From contig OZ024740.1 in the NCBI GenBank assembly GCA_964016885.1, forward strand, positions 327,174,001 to 327,238,000: 64,000 nt of DNA, read 5' to 3'. Below the pieces are notes generated by a model. That model worked only from the letters and a program-made list of their open reading frames with translations. It ran no database searches and had not been told where the DNA came from. The position numbers were made by a program, and so were the translations under genes. Source of the stretch: Eledone cirrhosa. Lineage: Eukaryota. This document shows, in pieces, positions 40,313 through 50,969 of the stretch. Within the stretch, counting starts at the first letter, position 1. Each line of letters starts with the position of its first letter.

Positions 40313-42409
40313 TTACCGTACTTTTGGTAGAGGAGGGATGGTTTTTACATCCCTTTTCACTTGATCGTCTGGTGAAGGGACCGTTGAATCGTCCCTTCGG
40401 CTGGTCGCCGGCTCTTCTAAGAGAATGTCTGAATATACTCTTCGATTGATGGTTCCTCCTAGGTCCCTGAAATCACCAACTGCGTTGGGGAATTTCGTTT
40501 TAATGTTTGTGTATTGTTTCTGTGCTATTTTTAGCAGTCTTATGTTAGTTGGCGTTTTGATTGGTGCTGGTATTATGTAGTCCTGTTGTGAAATGTCTGT
40601 GTGTTCAATTATGTAAGTCATTAGTTTCTTGTTGTGTGTGTTTATTGCCGTGCATTTGTTTTTCTGGGGGTGGGGTGTGGTTCTGCTATTTTCTTGTCGT
40701 TGTTGCTGGGTGTGTGTGTTTTGTTGTTGTGTTTGCGATGTTGGTGCTTGTGGTGGTGGTGTTGAAGGTGTTGTTGGCGGTGGGGTTGTCGCCGGTGGTG
40801 ATGGTGGTGCTGGTGTGGGTGGTGATGGTGTTGGTGGTGTTGCTGCTGTGGGTCTCTTTGCAGTAGACTTTACCCTTTTCTCATTTCTTTCCTCCCTTTT
40901 CAAAGGCGACGATGCGCTGCTTCTGCGTTTGTGCCTTCTTGCGACCTTTTGCCATCCCTCTCCCACCTCACACTCCATGTCTGATTCTGTAAGGTCGGGG
41001 AGGGGTACCAGCTCCACTCTTTCACTTGTTGTTGTTGGTGATGTTTGCACTGGAGTCTCTGTTGCAGCTGCATTTGGTATTGCTGTTGTTGTTGTTAATA
41101 TTTCCACTGCTGCTGCTGTCTTTGATTTCCGTGGAGTGGGTATGGGTGCCACGGACCTATCGTTCCTGGTTGCCGCTTGTCCTGTTGCTGGTAGCCGTGG
41201 AGCCGGATTCGGAAGGAGGGGGGTTTTCTCCTTTCTCAGGGTCTTCTCGTTGCAGAAGGCCCTGAGGTGAGTCTTCGATCCACAGCGAAAGCATTTCGGG
41301 CGTTTGCCCTCAACACTTATGGGCAGTTGAGTGCCGTTATCGAAGTCTATCACATCCGGGATAGCTTCGATGCACTCCTGGTTGGTTTGGATTAGCATCT
41401 CAATGGAGGAGCCGACCCAATCTTCTCTTACTTTTTTCTGTACTTGCAGTACAGTTGTTTTGTCCTCGATTCCGACGAGGACAGACGCGGCCAGCCAAGA
41501 AGGGGTCATTCCGGGGGGGACGTGGGTCAGTTTGACCCTCACAATTTTTTGCCCGCAGTAGGAGGGCACCAACACCATTTCCTCGCTCCTTAGGGTCACT
41601 ACTGATTGGGCCTTTGCCTCCTGGGGTGTGGCAAAAAGTACGTCTACGGTGGCGTATTTTTTGCCTCGGGTGATGTGCGTTTTCCGCTGCCACACAGACC
41701 CCAAGGCTTTTTGTATTTGGGCCTCTGTGGCTCTTTCCACCCTACGGGATTTTGTACTTACTGTACGGTACGTGACCGTACAGTGCTCTTGGGTTTCGAA
41801 AAAATTTTTCGCTGCCTTGCAGATTGCTCGGTGTCCGTTCTTTGTCACCATCTTCTTCGCTTCCTCTAATTCCTCATTTGTTATGAGGATTGTTTCCAAG
41901 TTTTTCGCAATACCTGCAAATGAGATTGGTTTTTCTCTGCTGTTGTTGTTGTCGTCAGAGCTGCTGGTACTTTTGTTGTTGCTGCAGGTACTACGACTAC
42001 TGCCTCCGCCGCTGTTGCTGTGGTTGTTGTTGGTGTTGCTGCTGCTAATGCTGTTGTTGTTTATGCTGCTGGTGATGCTGTTGCGGCTGCTACTGTTGTT
42101 TTCATTGTCACTGTTGCTGTTGTTATTACGGCTGCTACTGCTATTATTCCTGACGTCAGACGAATGAACTGGGTTTTCGTATTTCCCGCACACCTGTTTC
42201 GTCGCTGTCGTCGTAGTCGTGGAGAAACCTTGCACGCTTTGCACGAGACTTTTCTTTTCTTTCGTCACTTGCGAAAGAGAAGGGAGGGAGAGAGACACAT
42301 TTAAAGAAGGGAGGGAGAGAGACAATCTTCTCTCTGCTGTAGTGATGATTGAGGAAGAAGAAGACGGAATGAGTGGGAGTGACGTATGAAATTTCTTTTT
42401 CGTAGCCAT
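40313..42409 (-). CDS. Tx1-A ORF1, gag-like nucleic-acid-binding protein, 698 aa
   Basis: Upstream of ORF2. CCHC knuckle CFRCGSKTHLRAFC, low-complexity S/N and P/T linkers. Confidence 0.88.
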   Translation of the reverse strand: MATKKKFHTSLPLIPSSSSSIITTAERRLSLSLPSLNVSLSLPSLSQVTKEKKSLVQSVQGFSTTTTTATKQVCGKYENPVHSSDVRNNSSSSRNNNSNSDNENNSSSRNSITSSINNNSISSSNTNNNHSNSGGGSSRSTCSNNKSTSSSDDNNNSREKPISFAGIAKNLETILITNEELEEAKKMVTKNGHRAICKAAKNFFETQEHCTVTYRTVSTKSRRVERATEAQIQKALGSVWQRKTHITRGKKYATVDVLFATPQEAKAQSVVTLRSEEMVLVPSYCGQKIVRVKLTHVPPGMTPSWLAASVLVGIEDKTTVLQVQKKVREDWVGSSIEMLIQTNQECIEAIPDVIDFDNGTQLPISVEGKRPKCFRCGSKTHLRAFCNEKTLRKEKTPLLPNPAPRLPATGQAATRNDRSVAPIPTPRKSKTAAAVEILTTTTAIPNAAATETPVQTSPTTTSERVELVPLPDLTESDMECEVGEGWQKVARRHKRRSSASSPLKREERNEKRVKSTAKRPTAATPPTPSPPTPAPPSPPATTPPPTTPSTPPPQAPTSQTQQQNTHTQQQRQENSRTTPHPQKNKCTAINTHNKKLMTYIIEHTDISQQDYIIPAPIKTPTNIRLLKIAQKQYTNIKTKFPNAVGDFRDLGGTINRRVYSDILLEEPATSRRDDSTVPSPDDQVKRDVKTIPPLPKVR

Positions 42410-42894
42410 GTTGTTTTTTGTTTAAAATGAAATTTTGGGTACAAAACCCCAATAACTGGTTATTTAACCCCGAAGGGCCAAATAACGGACATAAAGACCC
42501 CTCTCACGAGGAGGAGGGTGTCTTTATCAACAATTTGGTTCAAGTTTTAAACAATTTACAATTGTTTTAACGGTTAAAAATTACTATACCTTACAGAGCC
42601 GAGCCTCCGTCAACCATGGCATTCAATAATAATAATAATAATGATTTCATTTATTGGCCACAAGGGCCGACATATAGGGGACAACACAATAGACAGGGAC
42701 AGTGGGGGTTTACATAGAGATCGAGTAAGTATAAATAACAAAAAACAAAATAACAATAAAAATACAACAATGAAAGTTCCCCAATAAGAGGGATCACCAC
42801 CCAGGGTTGACTCAAGCACCCCACCAGTCCTGAGCCACCCGACGCTCCTAGGGCACCCGGGAAGGGCACCCCTCTCCTTCTCGAATTCACCAGC

Positions 42895-45800
42895 CTACAG
42901 GCGCATGATCAGAGTAGGCCCACTCACGCGGGCCATTCTCGCCACATTCACCCACCTTTCAGTAAATGTACTGGGGGGCAGCACTTCTCTCTCCACCCTC
43001 ACCTTCCTTTCCAAGTGAAACTTGAAGAAGTTGATGAGGGATTGGCCGAAGAGAAAAGTGTCTGTCTTCAGTCCTTTCAACCTGGTCCACCATGCAACCT
43101 CTTTCGCTACTGCCACCAGGCAGAGGAAAATTTCCTGCCCTTCCTGACCAAAAGAAGGCGGCGGGTCAATCTTCACTATGGACTCGGACGATAGCCGGAT
43201 CCGTTCTACACGCGACAATAGCTGTTCGACATAACCCCACAAGTCAGCAATGCACGGACACTGGACGAGTGAGTGCAGAACGGTTTCGTCGCTCTGCGCG
43301 CATCTCGGGCAGGTTCGTCTGACAGCACTTCCGTGCCTGTAGAGTTTATCCCGAACCGGCAGCGCCCCCCGGTAGCACTGCCAAGCGAGGGATTTCTGGA
43401 AGTTATCCATCGTCCCCGGCTCGAAAGTCCTCCGGAACATACTGGTCAGTTCTACTTCGTTGACGCCTAGAGCCTCTCCTAGTACGTCATCGTACTTGCC
43501 CTCCACTAATCCTCTATAGAAATCTTGAGTGGAAGTTCCACTGACCGCATTGCCCACCTTGCAGAGTGCAGTGAGCGCCTGGCAACATTCCAGATGCCAG
43601 TCGCCCAGTCTCAGTCTCTTCTTGACCCAGGACTGCAGCTCAGTCAAAGAGATGAGCTGCGGAAAGGCCCGTCTAACAAACGGCGACCACACCTGTTCAC
43701 CTTTTAGGCAAAATATCTGGAGATGTCGCAGCCTCAGCGCATGTCTGCGCATCATTAGCCACGGCATGCCCAGCCCTCCACGAAGAGGGTGCTGGCAGCA
43801 GATGGACCGCCTCACCAACGGGACCCGTCCCCTCCACAAAAATTTGAAAAGGAGCCGTTCCAAATTGGCGAGGCGTGGACGGGGGCAAGGCACGACGGTC
43901 AGGCGGTAGTAGATGACGGACGCGATGTACGCGTTCGCCACCTCCGCCCGCCCTTTCAGTGATAGCTTTCTCTCAGCCCATTTCTGGGTGAGGTTGGCTA
44001 TCCTGCTCGTCACCTCGTCCCAATTCTTATCCACCTGGAGGTCTGGTCCGAACCAAACCCCGAGCAACTTTACCGGTCCGTCTGTCCAGCGCCCAACGAC
44101 GCTGTTGGACGGCATGGACTTGCCTCTCCAGGTGCCGAGCTGCAAGCCCACCGACTTTTCCGGGTTAAGTTTTGCTCCCGTCAACCTTTCATATTCCTCC
44201 AAATGGGGGCGGATGACCTCGATTTCCGAGGTGTCCGACACCATCACGGTGATGTCGTCCGCATAAGCGGACGCAGCCTTTCTACGTCCCGGTTCGAGCG
44301 GGATGCCCTGCAACAACTCCAGCTTCCGCAGTAGAGGCTCAAGAGTCAATACGTACAGAAGTGAGGAGAGAGGGCACCCTTGACGGACCGATCGAGAGAT
44401 CTGAAACGGTTCCGAGAGGTGGCCATTAACTTTGACCACCGAGTAGATGCCGCTGTACATTGCAGCGATCCAGCTTCTGAAGACGGGGCCGAAGCCAGCC
44501 GCCTCGAGGACAGCCTCCAAGTACCGATGGTCGACCCTATCGAATGCTTTCGATTGATCTAAATTGATCAGAGCCCCACCGAAGCCAAGTTTGCACCCAA
44601 CCCTCTCTATGATGTATCGCATGAGGTGGAGGTTGTCGTGTATGGACCTGGTCGGGATTGCGCAAGTTTGCGCCTCCCCAACCAAATCTTTGACGACAAG
44701 CGCCAACCTTTTCGCTAACACCTTGGCCAAAATCTTAAACTCTGTGTTGAGCAGGGTTATGGGCCTGAAATTATCTAGTGTGTCCCTCTTGTTCTCGTCT
44801 TTCCTTATCAGCGTCACTACGCCACGGCTCACAGAACTGGGAATGCTCCCGTTCTGCTGCCAGTTGCAGTAGAGCGCTTCGAGGAGATTGGAAAACAAGT
44901 CTGGCATATTTACGTAAAGCTCGTAGGGCAGACCATCCAAACCGGGTGACTTGCGACTCGAGCAGCCGACAAGGGCGTCCTGAATTTCGACTGATGTTAT
45001 CGGCTCTTCGCAGCGCTCAGCGTCGGCCGTCGAGAGGCGTGGCAAGCCGTCGAGGTAGGGACTGAAGTCCGCCGCCGTCTCCGACTCACCCATCCTCCCG
45101 AACAATCGAGCAAAGTGCTGGCGAAAGGCCTCACACATCTGCTTGGAATCGCTCAGTTCGTGTCCATCTCGATCCGTCAAAGACCGAATTGTGGTTTTAT
45201 TTCCACGCTGCGTCTCTGCAAAGCGAGCCCATCGGGCAGCTTTGGTTCCCTCGTTCCTCAGAGCACGCGCCTTAGCTCTGACAATGCAACCTTCGTGTTT
45301 CGCATTGAAGAAATGGTCTAGTGCCATTCTCGCCGCTAGCACGTCTGTTGCAATGCCACTACAAATAGCCTCGTCTAACTTAGCTATCAGCCCCTCCTCC
45401 TTTCTATTTTTCTCTATTGCTACTTCTTTGCTAAATCCTATCGAGGTTGCTCTAATCTCTCTTTTGAGTGCCCCCCACCACCTGTTGTTGACAACCCCCC
45501 CTGTCAACTTTTGCTTAACTAAGTTGTTGACCCGGTCCCTGTAAGCTTTACGTGCCGGAAACGACATGTTTAGCTTCCAGTAGCTAGGTCCTAACCTACG
45601 TGTCTTATCTAGGTCGACCATACAGATCACAAGCTTGTGATCTGAATAGGCAACCGTTTTAAAATGTGGACATCCTACACTATTTCTATCTCTTTTCCTA
45701 ATGAAAATCCTATCTATGTACGATCTAGATGACCCTATGCGATTGGTCCAGGTCCATACTGGCGCATTAGGGAAATCTAGTCGGTACCTGTCAGACAGTT

Positions 45801-46314
45801 GAAACTGGCTGATCAGGTACTTGAGGCTTTTGCACCCCCCGCTCCTATCAGATATTCCCACACAATCCCAGCGTGCTTCTAAGATGCCATTCCAATCCCC
45901 TATTAACAGTAAAGGGCGAGACGTAAGCAGAAAGTTTTCCAGGCGCCTAAAGAAGTCCGGCCGACCGGCCCCAGTAGGGGCGTAGACGGCCACCAGTCTA
46001 AAGGCACCACCTTCGCTATTGCTCACGTCCAGGACCACCAACTTTCCGTCAGGATCCCGGAAGATTGACCTTACCTCGAGATCCAGACATTTCCTAAACA
46101 GCACAGCCACTCCACCTCCCATTCCCGGCCGACTAACAGATGCAAAGATCTGATAATCGTCGAAAATCGGCGCCAGTGCGCGTGTGTCGGAAATTCTGGT
46201 CTCGCTGTTGGCAATTACATCCATTCCTAGTGACCTGAGGTCGTTGAGCAAGTGACCTTGCTTCCAGGGCGACCCCAGGCCACGAACATTTAAACTTCCT
46301 ACTCTTATGGCCAT
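42895..46314 (-). CDS. Tx1-B ORF2, intact 1139 aa APE-RT protein
   Basis: All APE and RT motifs in one frame (NVRGL, GDWN, SDH, KAFDRV, QGCPLS, YADD) plus C-terminal CPRC...H...C. Confidence 0.96.
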   Translation of the reverse strand: MAIRVGSLNVRGLGSPWKQGHLLNDLRSLGMDVIANSETRISDTRALAPIFDDYQIFASVSRPGMGGGVAVLFRKCLDLEVRSIFRDPDGKLVVLDVSNSEGGAFRLVAVYAPTGAGRPDFFRRLENFLLTSRPLLLIGDWNGILEARWDCVGISDRSGGCKSLKYLISQFQLSDRYRLDFPNAPVWTWTNRIGSSRSYIDRIFIRKRDRNSVGCPHFKTVAYSDHKLVICMVDLDKTRRLGPSYWKLNMSFPARKAYRDRVNNLVKQKLTGGVVNNRWWGALKREIRATSIGFSKEVAIEKNRKEEGLIAKLDEAICSGIATDVLAARMALDHFFNAKHEGCIVRAKARALRNEGTKAARWARFAETQRGNKTTIRSLTDRDGHELSDSKQMCEAFRQHFARLFGRMGESETAADFSPYLDGLPRLSTADAERCEEPITSVEIQDALVGCSSRKSPGLDGLPYELYVNMPDLFSNLLEALYCNWQQNGSIPSSVSRGVVTLIRKDENKRDTLDNFRPITLLNTEFKILAKVLAKRLALVVKDLVGEAQTCAIPTRSIHDNLHLMRYIIERVGCKLGFGGALINLDQSKAFDRVDHRYLEAVLEAAGFGPVFRSWIAAMYSGIYSVVKVNGHLSEPFQISRSVRQGCPLSSLLYVLTLEPLLRKLELLQGIPLEPGRRKAASAYADDITVMVSDTSEIEVIRPHLEEYERLTGAKLNPEKSVGLQLGTWRGKSMPSNSVVGRWTDGPVKLLGVWFGPDLQVDKNWDEVTSRIANLTQKWAERKLSLKGRAEVANAYIASVIYYRLTVVPCPRPRLANLERLLFKFLWRGRVPLVRRSICCQHPLRGGLGMPWLMMRRHALRLRHLQIFCLKGEQVWSPFVRRAFPQLISLTELQSWVKKRLRLGDWHLECCQALTALCKVGNAVSGTSTQDFYRGLVEGKYDDVLGEALGVNEVELTSMFRRTFEPGTMDNFQKSLAWQCYRGALPVRDKLYRHGSAVRRTCPRCAQSDETVLHSLVQCPCIADLWGYVEQLLSRVERIRLSSESIVKIDPPPSFGQEGQEIFLCLVAVAKEVAWWTRLKGLKTDTFLFGQSLINFFKFHLERKVRVEREVLPPSTFTERWVNVARMARVSGPTLIMRL

Positions 46315-46343
46315 GCTGGCAGGATGAATGGGAGAGGAAAGGT

Positions 46344-48246
46344 TTACTTACCTTCCGGGGTCTTGTGAAGGTCGGGTGGTTCGACCTCCATGGTTTGTGG
46401 GGTTTCTTTTGGGAACCCCTTTAATAGTCTTGACGTGGGTTTTACGTTCGGGGTTCCCACATCCCGAGGAAAGCTCTTTCGAATTTCTTTGTATGAAGCG
46501 AGCGACATTCGCATCAGAAGCAAATTATCTGGTACGCGAAATGTGCTCGCTTCAAATGTTTCCCCCTCTTTTTCGATGTTTGTGCTTCGTGCTACATGGG
46601 CCATCAATTCCTTGTTGGCCCTTCTGGCAAGCACGAAGTTTTTAATGTTTTGTTGCTCGGGTTTTATTTGTTCGTGTGATTGTGGTGGTGATAGCTTTGT
46701 TTCTATTGTGTCTGCGTTTGTTGTGGGTGGGGTGTCTGTAGTTTCTGATGTTTGTGTGTCTATTTGTTCTTGTGTCTGTTTAGCTTGTTTGCGTTTGGGG
46801 GATTTTGGTGGTTGTGTTGGTGATGCTGTGGGGAAAATGTTTGTGTGGGTGGTGTGTGTATTTTTTTTTTGTGGGGGTGTTTGTGCTTTGTGGATTTCTT
46901 TTTTTTTTGTGTTTTGTTTTTTGTATTTTGGGGGACTTTGGTTTTCCCTCATCTTCACTGCTGGAGGATGAGGGGTCTGTGGCTGTGAGCGTGTTTGTGT
47001 CTGAGTGAGTGTTTATGTTCTTGTTCGTGTGTGTATTTTGGGGGGGAGGGGGAATGGGAGAGCTTTCCTCGTTTCCCCCCTGGGTGTGCAATTTTGGTGG
47101 TTCCATTGTTGACGGTGTTGCTGGTGGTCCTTGTCCCGGCGTCGCCAGCAGTGGAATCTTTCGACCCCTTGCGCTTTTCGGCAGTTGAGGGCAGAAGGCT
47201 CGCAAGTGTGTCGTTTTCCCACAAAGGAAACAATGCGGCCTTTTGCCCTCAGTCATTATATGCAACACCCTCCCGTTTTGGAGGCGGATGTGGTCCGGGA
47301 TTGCTTTTACGTTTTCGGGTCTGATTTGGAGCAGTATCTCCAGATCAACCCCGGACCAGTCGTCCCTGGCAGTTCTCGTTGCCTCTACCGGGACTGTATC
47401 CGTTCCTTCCACGATTACGCAACCCATGAGCCACCACATATCAAGTCCTGGTGGAATCCTGGGAATGCGCACACGTGCTATTCGTTTTCCCATGTGGGAG
47501 GGGTACATTATGACCTTGCTGGTTTTGCAAGGGGTCATTGAATGCTTCACAGCGAAGGCTTCAGACTTGAACAGCACCGAAACGGTGCCGTATTGCCTGC
47601 CCCTCTCTATGAAGTTTGTGTCCTCTCTGATGTATTTCAGTGCGGCTTTTATATCAGCTTGGGCGATTATCGCTGCCCTCTTTGTCTCTACTGAGATGCA
47701 TCTGAAATGCACCGTTCTTTTTTCCACTGCCTCAATGGCTTCTGCCGGGACAGTTAAGTTTGCCCAGGTCTGCTCTTGATTTATGATTTTCCAGGCCTGG
47801 GCCAACTTTTCCTCTCTGTTGGTTAAGTCGATGCTGTAGCATGGTCTCCTTTTAGCCGCTGCGACAGCAGCGAAGGTGTTCTTGTTGGTGTTGTTACTGT
47901 TGTTGTTCTTGTTGGTGTTGCTGCTGCTATTGCTGTTGTTGTTCTCCCCTGTGTCGTGGTTACCCTCTGTGCTGTTGGCCTTGTTGGTGCTGCTGCTGTC
48001 GCTACTATTACTCTCTGTGCTGTTCGTTTTGTTGGTGCTCTCGCTATTACCACCTTCTGCGCTGTTCGGCTTGTTGGTGTTGGTGTTGTCGCTGTTACCA
48101 CCTTCCGCGCCGCTCGGCCCGTTGGTGCTGGCACTGTCGCTGCTCACACTCGTGCTGGTGGCGCTCCTCGCCCCACCTCTCCTCTCAACGCTCAAGTCGC
48201 CGTTGCACGACAGCAGACCCGCCTCCAGGGGGCGTGGCTCCGCCAT
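46344..48246 (-). CDS. Tx1-B ORF1 with an apparent frameshift in the homopolymer-rich linker (~46780-46960)
   Basis: The 488-aa frame has CFLCGKTTHLRAFC. The 204-aa frame ends in a domain homologous to the C-terminus of Tx1-A ORF1. Confidence 0.8.
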
Positions 48247-48481
48247 GTTTTTTTGAGAAAAAAAATTATTATTTTTCCAAAATAAAGTTCAAATATTTGG
48301 GCCAAAAGGCCCAAATATTATGAGTTATTCCTTCACAGGATACAAATGAATGTCTTATAATGCTTCAGCGGTACAAAAAAATAAACAATTCTCCACAATT
48401 AATCCTCAAAAAATTGCTTACTCACGGAGCTTCAAAAAACGTACATCCACTTTCGTCAATAATAATAATAATAATAATAAT

Positions 48482-50924
48482 AGAGTGAAGATGAAAAAAC
48501 AAAGGAATTCCCACAAGAAATCTACTTGGCAAGAGAACATCAATCGCCAAATAAACCTTCTCCGATCTGACATAGAAATTTTAACAAACTATAAAGTAGG
48601 TGAACATGTTAAACAAACTAAACTTAGAAAATTGAAAAGAAAGTACAGTATAAAATCAACAAGTGACATAGACATGCTGATAGAAATAATCAAGCAAAAA
48701 GTGTCGGCCAAAGCTGCTCGTATAAGGCGCTTTGAAAAACGATCTAGATTCTATAAGGTTAATAATATGTTCAGAAACAACCAAAGAAACTTCTACAGAA
48801 AAATTGGTAAGTCAACAATAACTGCTAAATCAATACCACCCAAGGAGGAAGTGCAAGAATTCTGGGAAAAGATCTGGGCCGAAGAAAAAGTTCATAACAT
48901 ACATGCCCCATGGATAGACAGACAAATGAAAGATACAGCTCACCTTGAGGAACAAATATGGGAAAATATAACAGTTGAACAGTTGCACTTGGCTCTAAGA
49001 AAAACCAGCAAATGGAAATCCCCAGGAAAAGACAAAATACAAAATATTTGGATAAATGCCTTCACAGAGTCTCATGAGCTGTTAGCCCAGCTTTACAATG
49101 AAATAGTTAAGGAGCCAGAAAAGATACCATCATGGCTAGTTAACGGCATTACATTCCTGCTTCCGAAGAATGATGAGACAAACAATCCCAAAAATTACAG
49201 ACGGATAACTTGCTTGACCACAATGTATACAATTTTAACATCAGTCCTAACTGAATATACATATGACGACCTGATAACAAATGACCTATTTCCCATTGAG
49301 CAGAAAGGGTGTAAACGAGGCTCATATGGCTGTAGGGATCAGCTTTTGGTTAACAAAATGATACTGGAAGATTGTCATAATAGACACAAAAATCTATCAA
49401 TTGCTTGGATAGATTATAAAAAAGCATTCGATAGTTTGCCACACAGTTGGATTGAAAAATGTTTAGAGATTTTCAAAATATCCCCCGTTGTCAGGAGGTT
49501 TTTGTCATTCAGTATGAAGACATGGAAAACGACACTCCTTTTGAATAGTGAAACAAAATCACTGGAAGCTGGAGAAGTTAATATTAATTGTGGAATTTTT
49601 CAGGGTGACTCTTTTTCACCGCTTTTATTCTGCATCGCACTTATACCATTAAGTAAAATGCTCAATGAAAATTCTTAACCATGCACAGAATGCATCACCC
49701 TAAGGCAGATATAGATAGAATATATCTCCCTAGGAAAGAAGGAGGACGTGGGTTAATCCAGTTAGACATTGCTTTGAAAACTGCAACAATTGGATTATCT
49801 ACATATCTAAGGGCATCACATGATTGGATGATCAAACTCGTTTTGAAACACGAAAGCATCAAAAGATCATATTCCATTACAAAAGATGCACAAAGATACA
49901 GTAATGGACTACAAATTTCAGAAGTCCCATTTACTGCTGAAATGGAAAACACAGAAAAAGCAAAGCAGGTAAAAGTAACTGCAAAGAAAGAACTGCTACA
50001 GAAACTGGCTAAGAAATGGCAAGAAAAGCCTCTGTATGGAAAATACCCAGAACGAGCTAACAATCCTGATGTTGACAAAACTTTAACCCATCAGTGGTTG
50101 GCATCCTCTGGACTGAAATCGGAGACTGAAGGACTGATTATATCAGCACAAGATCAGTGTCTGCCAACAAAAAATTACCAAGCCAACATAATAAAAAATG
50201 GATGCAGCCCATTATGCCGTGTATGCAAAAAACAACCAGAGACCATTGACCATATAATTTCAATGTGCAGTCCTATAGCTCTAACCGAATACCTAAACAG
50301 GCATGACAGAGGTGCACAATATATACATTGGATAATGTGTAAGCATTTTGACCTGCCCCATCAAAAGAATTGGTGGGAGCATCAACCACCTCCCATACTT
50401 GAAAAAGATCACATCTCAATCTTGTGGAACTTTAGCATCCAAACAGACCGAAAAATAGATGCAAATAGACCTGATATAATATTGAAGGACTTTAAAAAGA
50501 GGGTATGCCTGCTAATTGATATGTCCGTTCCAATAGACAAGAATGTATCTATAAAAACATTTGAAAAATTGAGCAAGTATAAGGACCTGGAGATAGAATT
50601 TGGAAAAATGTGGAAATTGAGAACTAAAACAATACCAGTGGTTGTAGGCGCTCTGGGAATGATACCTAAGGGGTCTAATGATTACTTATCGCAAATCCCA
50701 GGAAACCCGCGTATAGGAGAAATACAAAAGATAGTACTAATGGGAACTGCCCATAGACTAAGGAAGATTCTGTCAATATAAGTACATCACAGGTCTAACC
50801 ACTAAAGATGCATGTGTGAGTATGTATGTTCTTCCTTGAACATGGCGGACCTTGTTGTCTCTTGAGGTCACTGGTTGTGACTTGGTGATAACTCGTATGA
50901 ACATAAAGCAAGATAAATGCAACT

Positions 50925-50926
<2 letters not shown>
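48482..50926 (+). mobile_element. R4/Dong-type RLE retrotransposon (family 1), 5'-truncated, with an internal RT deletion
   Basis: WKSPGKD, EQKGC, DYKKAFDS, GIFQGDSFSP, then a jump at ~49670 to HHPKADIDRIYL. CRVC...HIISMC and NRPDII...D...K..KY follow, then a (TAA)n tail. Confidence 0.92.

Positions 50927-50968
<42 letters not shown>

Positions 50969-50969
<1 letters not shown>

Larger units (their letters stand above)
36601..42624 (-). mobile_element. Full-length Tx1-clade LINE (family A)
   Basis: 5'UTR, ORF1, ORF2 and a 3'UTR ending AATAAAGAAATC(ATT)n. (AAT)n on both flanks. Confidence 0.93.
42643..48457 (-). mobile_element. Full-length Tx1-clade LINE (family B)
   Basis: Same architecture as A. 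3' end GGCCCTTGTGGCCAATAAATGAAATC(ATT)n. (AAT)n on both flanks. Confidence 0.94.

Noticed and set aside
36935-48285. Plus-strand ORFs overlapping the Tx1 elements
   Set aside because: Antisense shadows of GC-rich coding sequence with no recognisable motifs.
48350-48481. N-terminus of the 442-aa ORF
   Set aside because: Chance in-frame fusion of the antisense Tx1-B 5'UTR and (AAT)n to a truncated Dong element.
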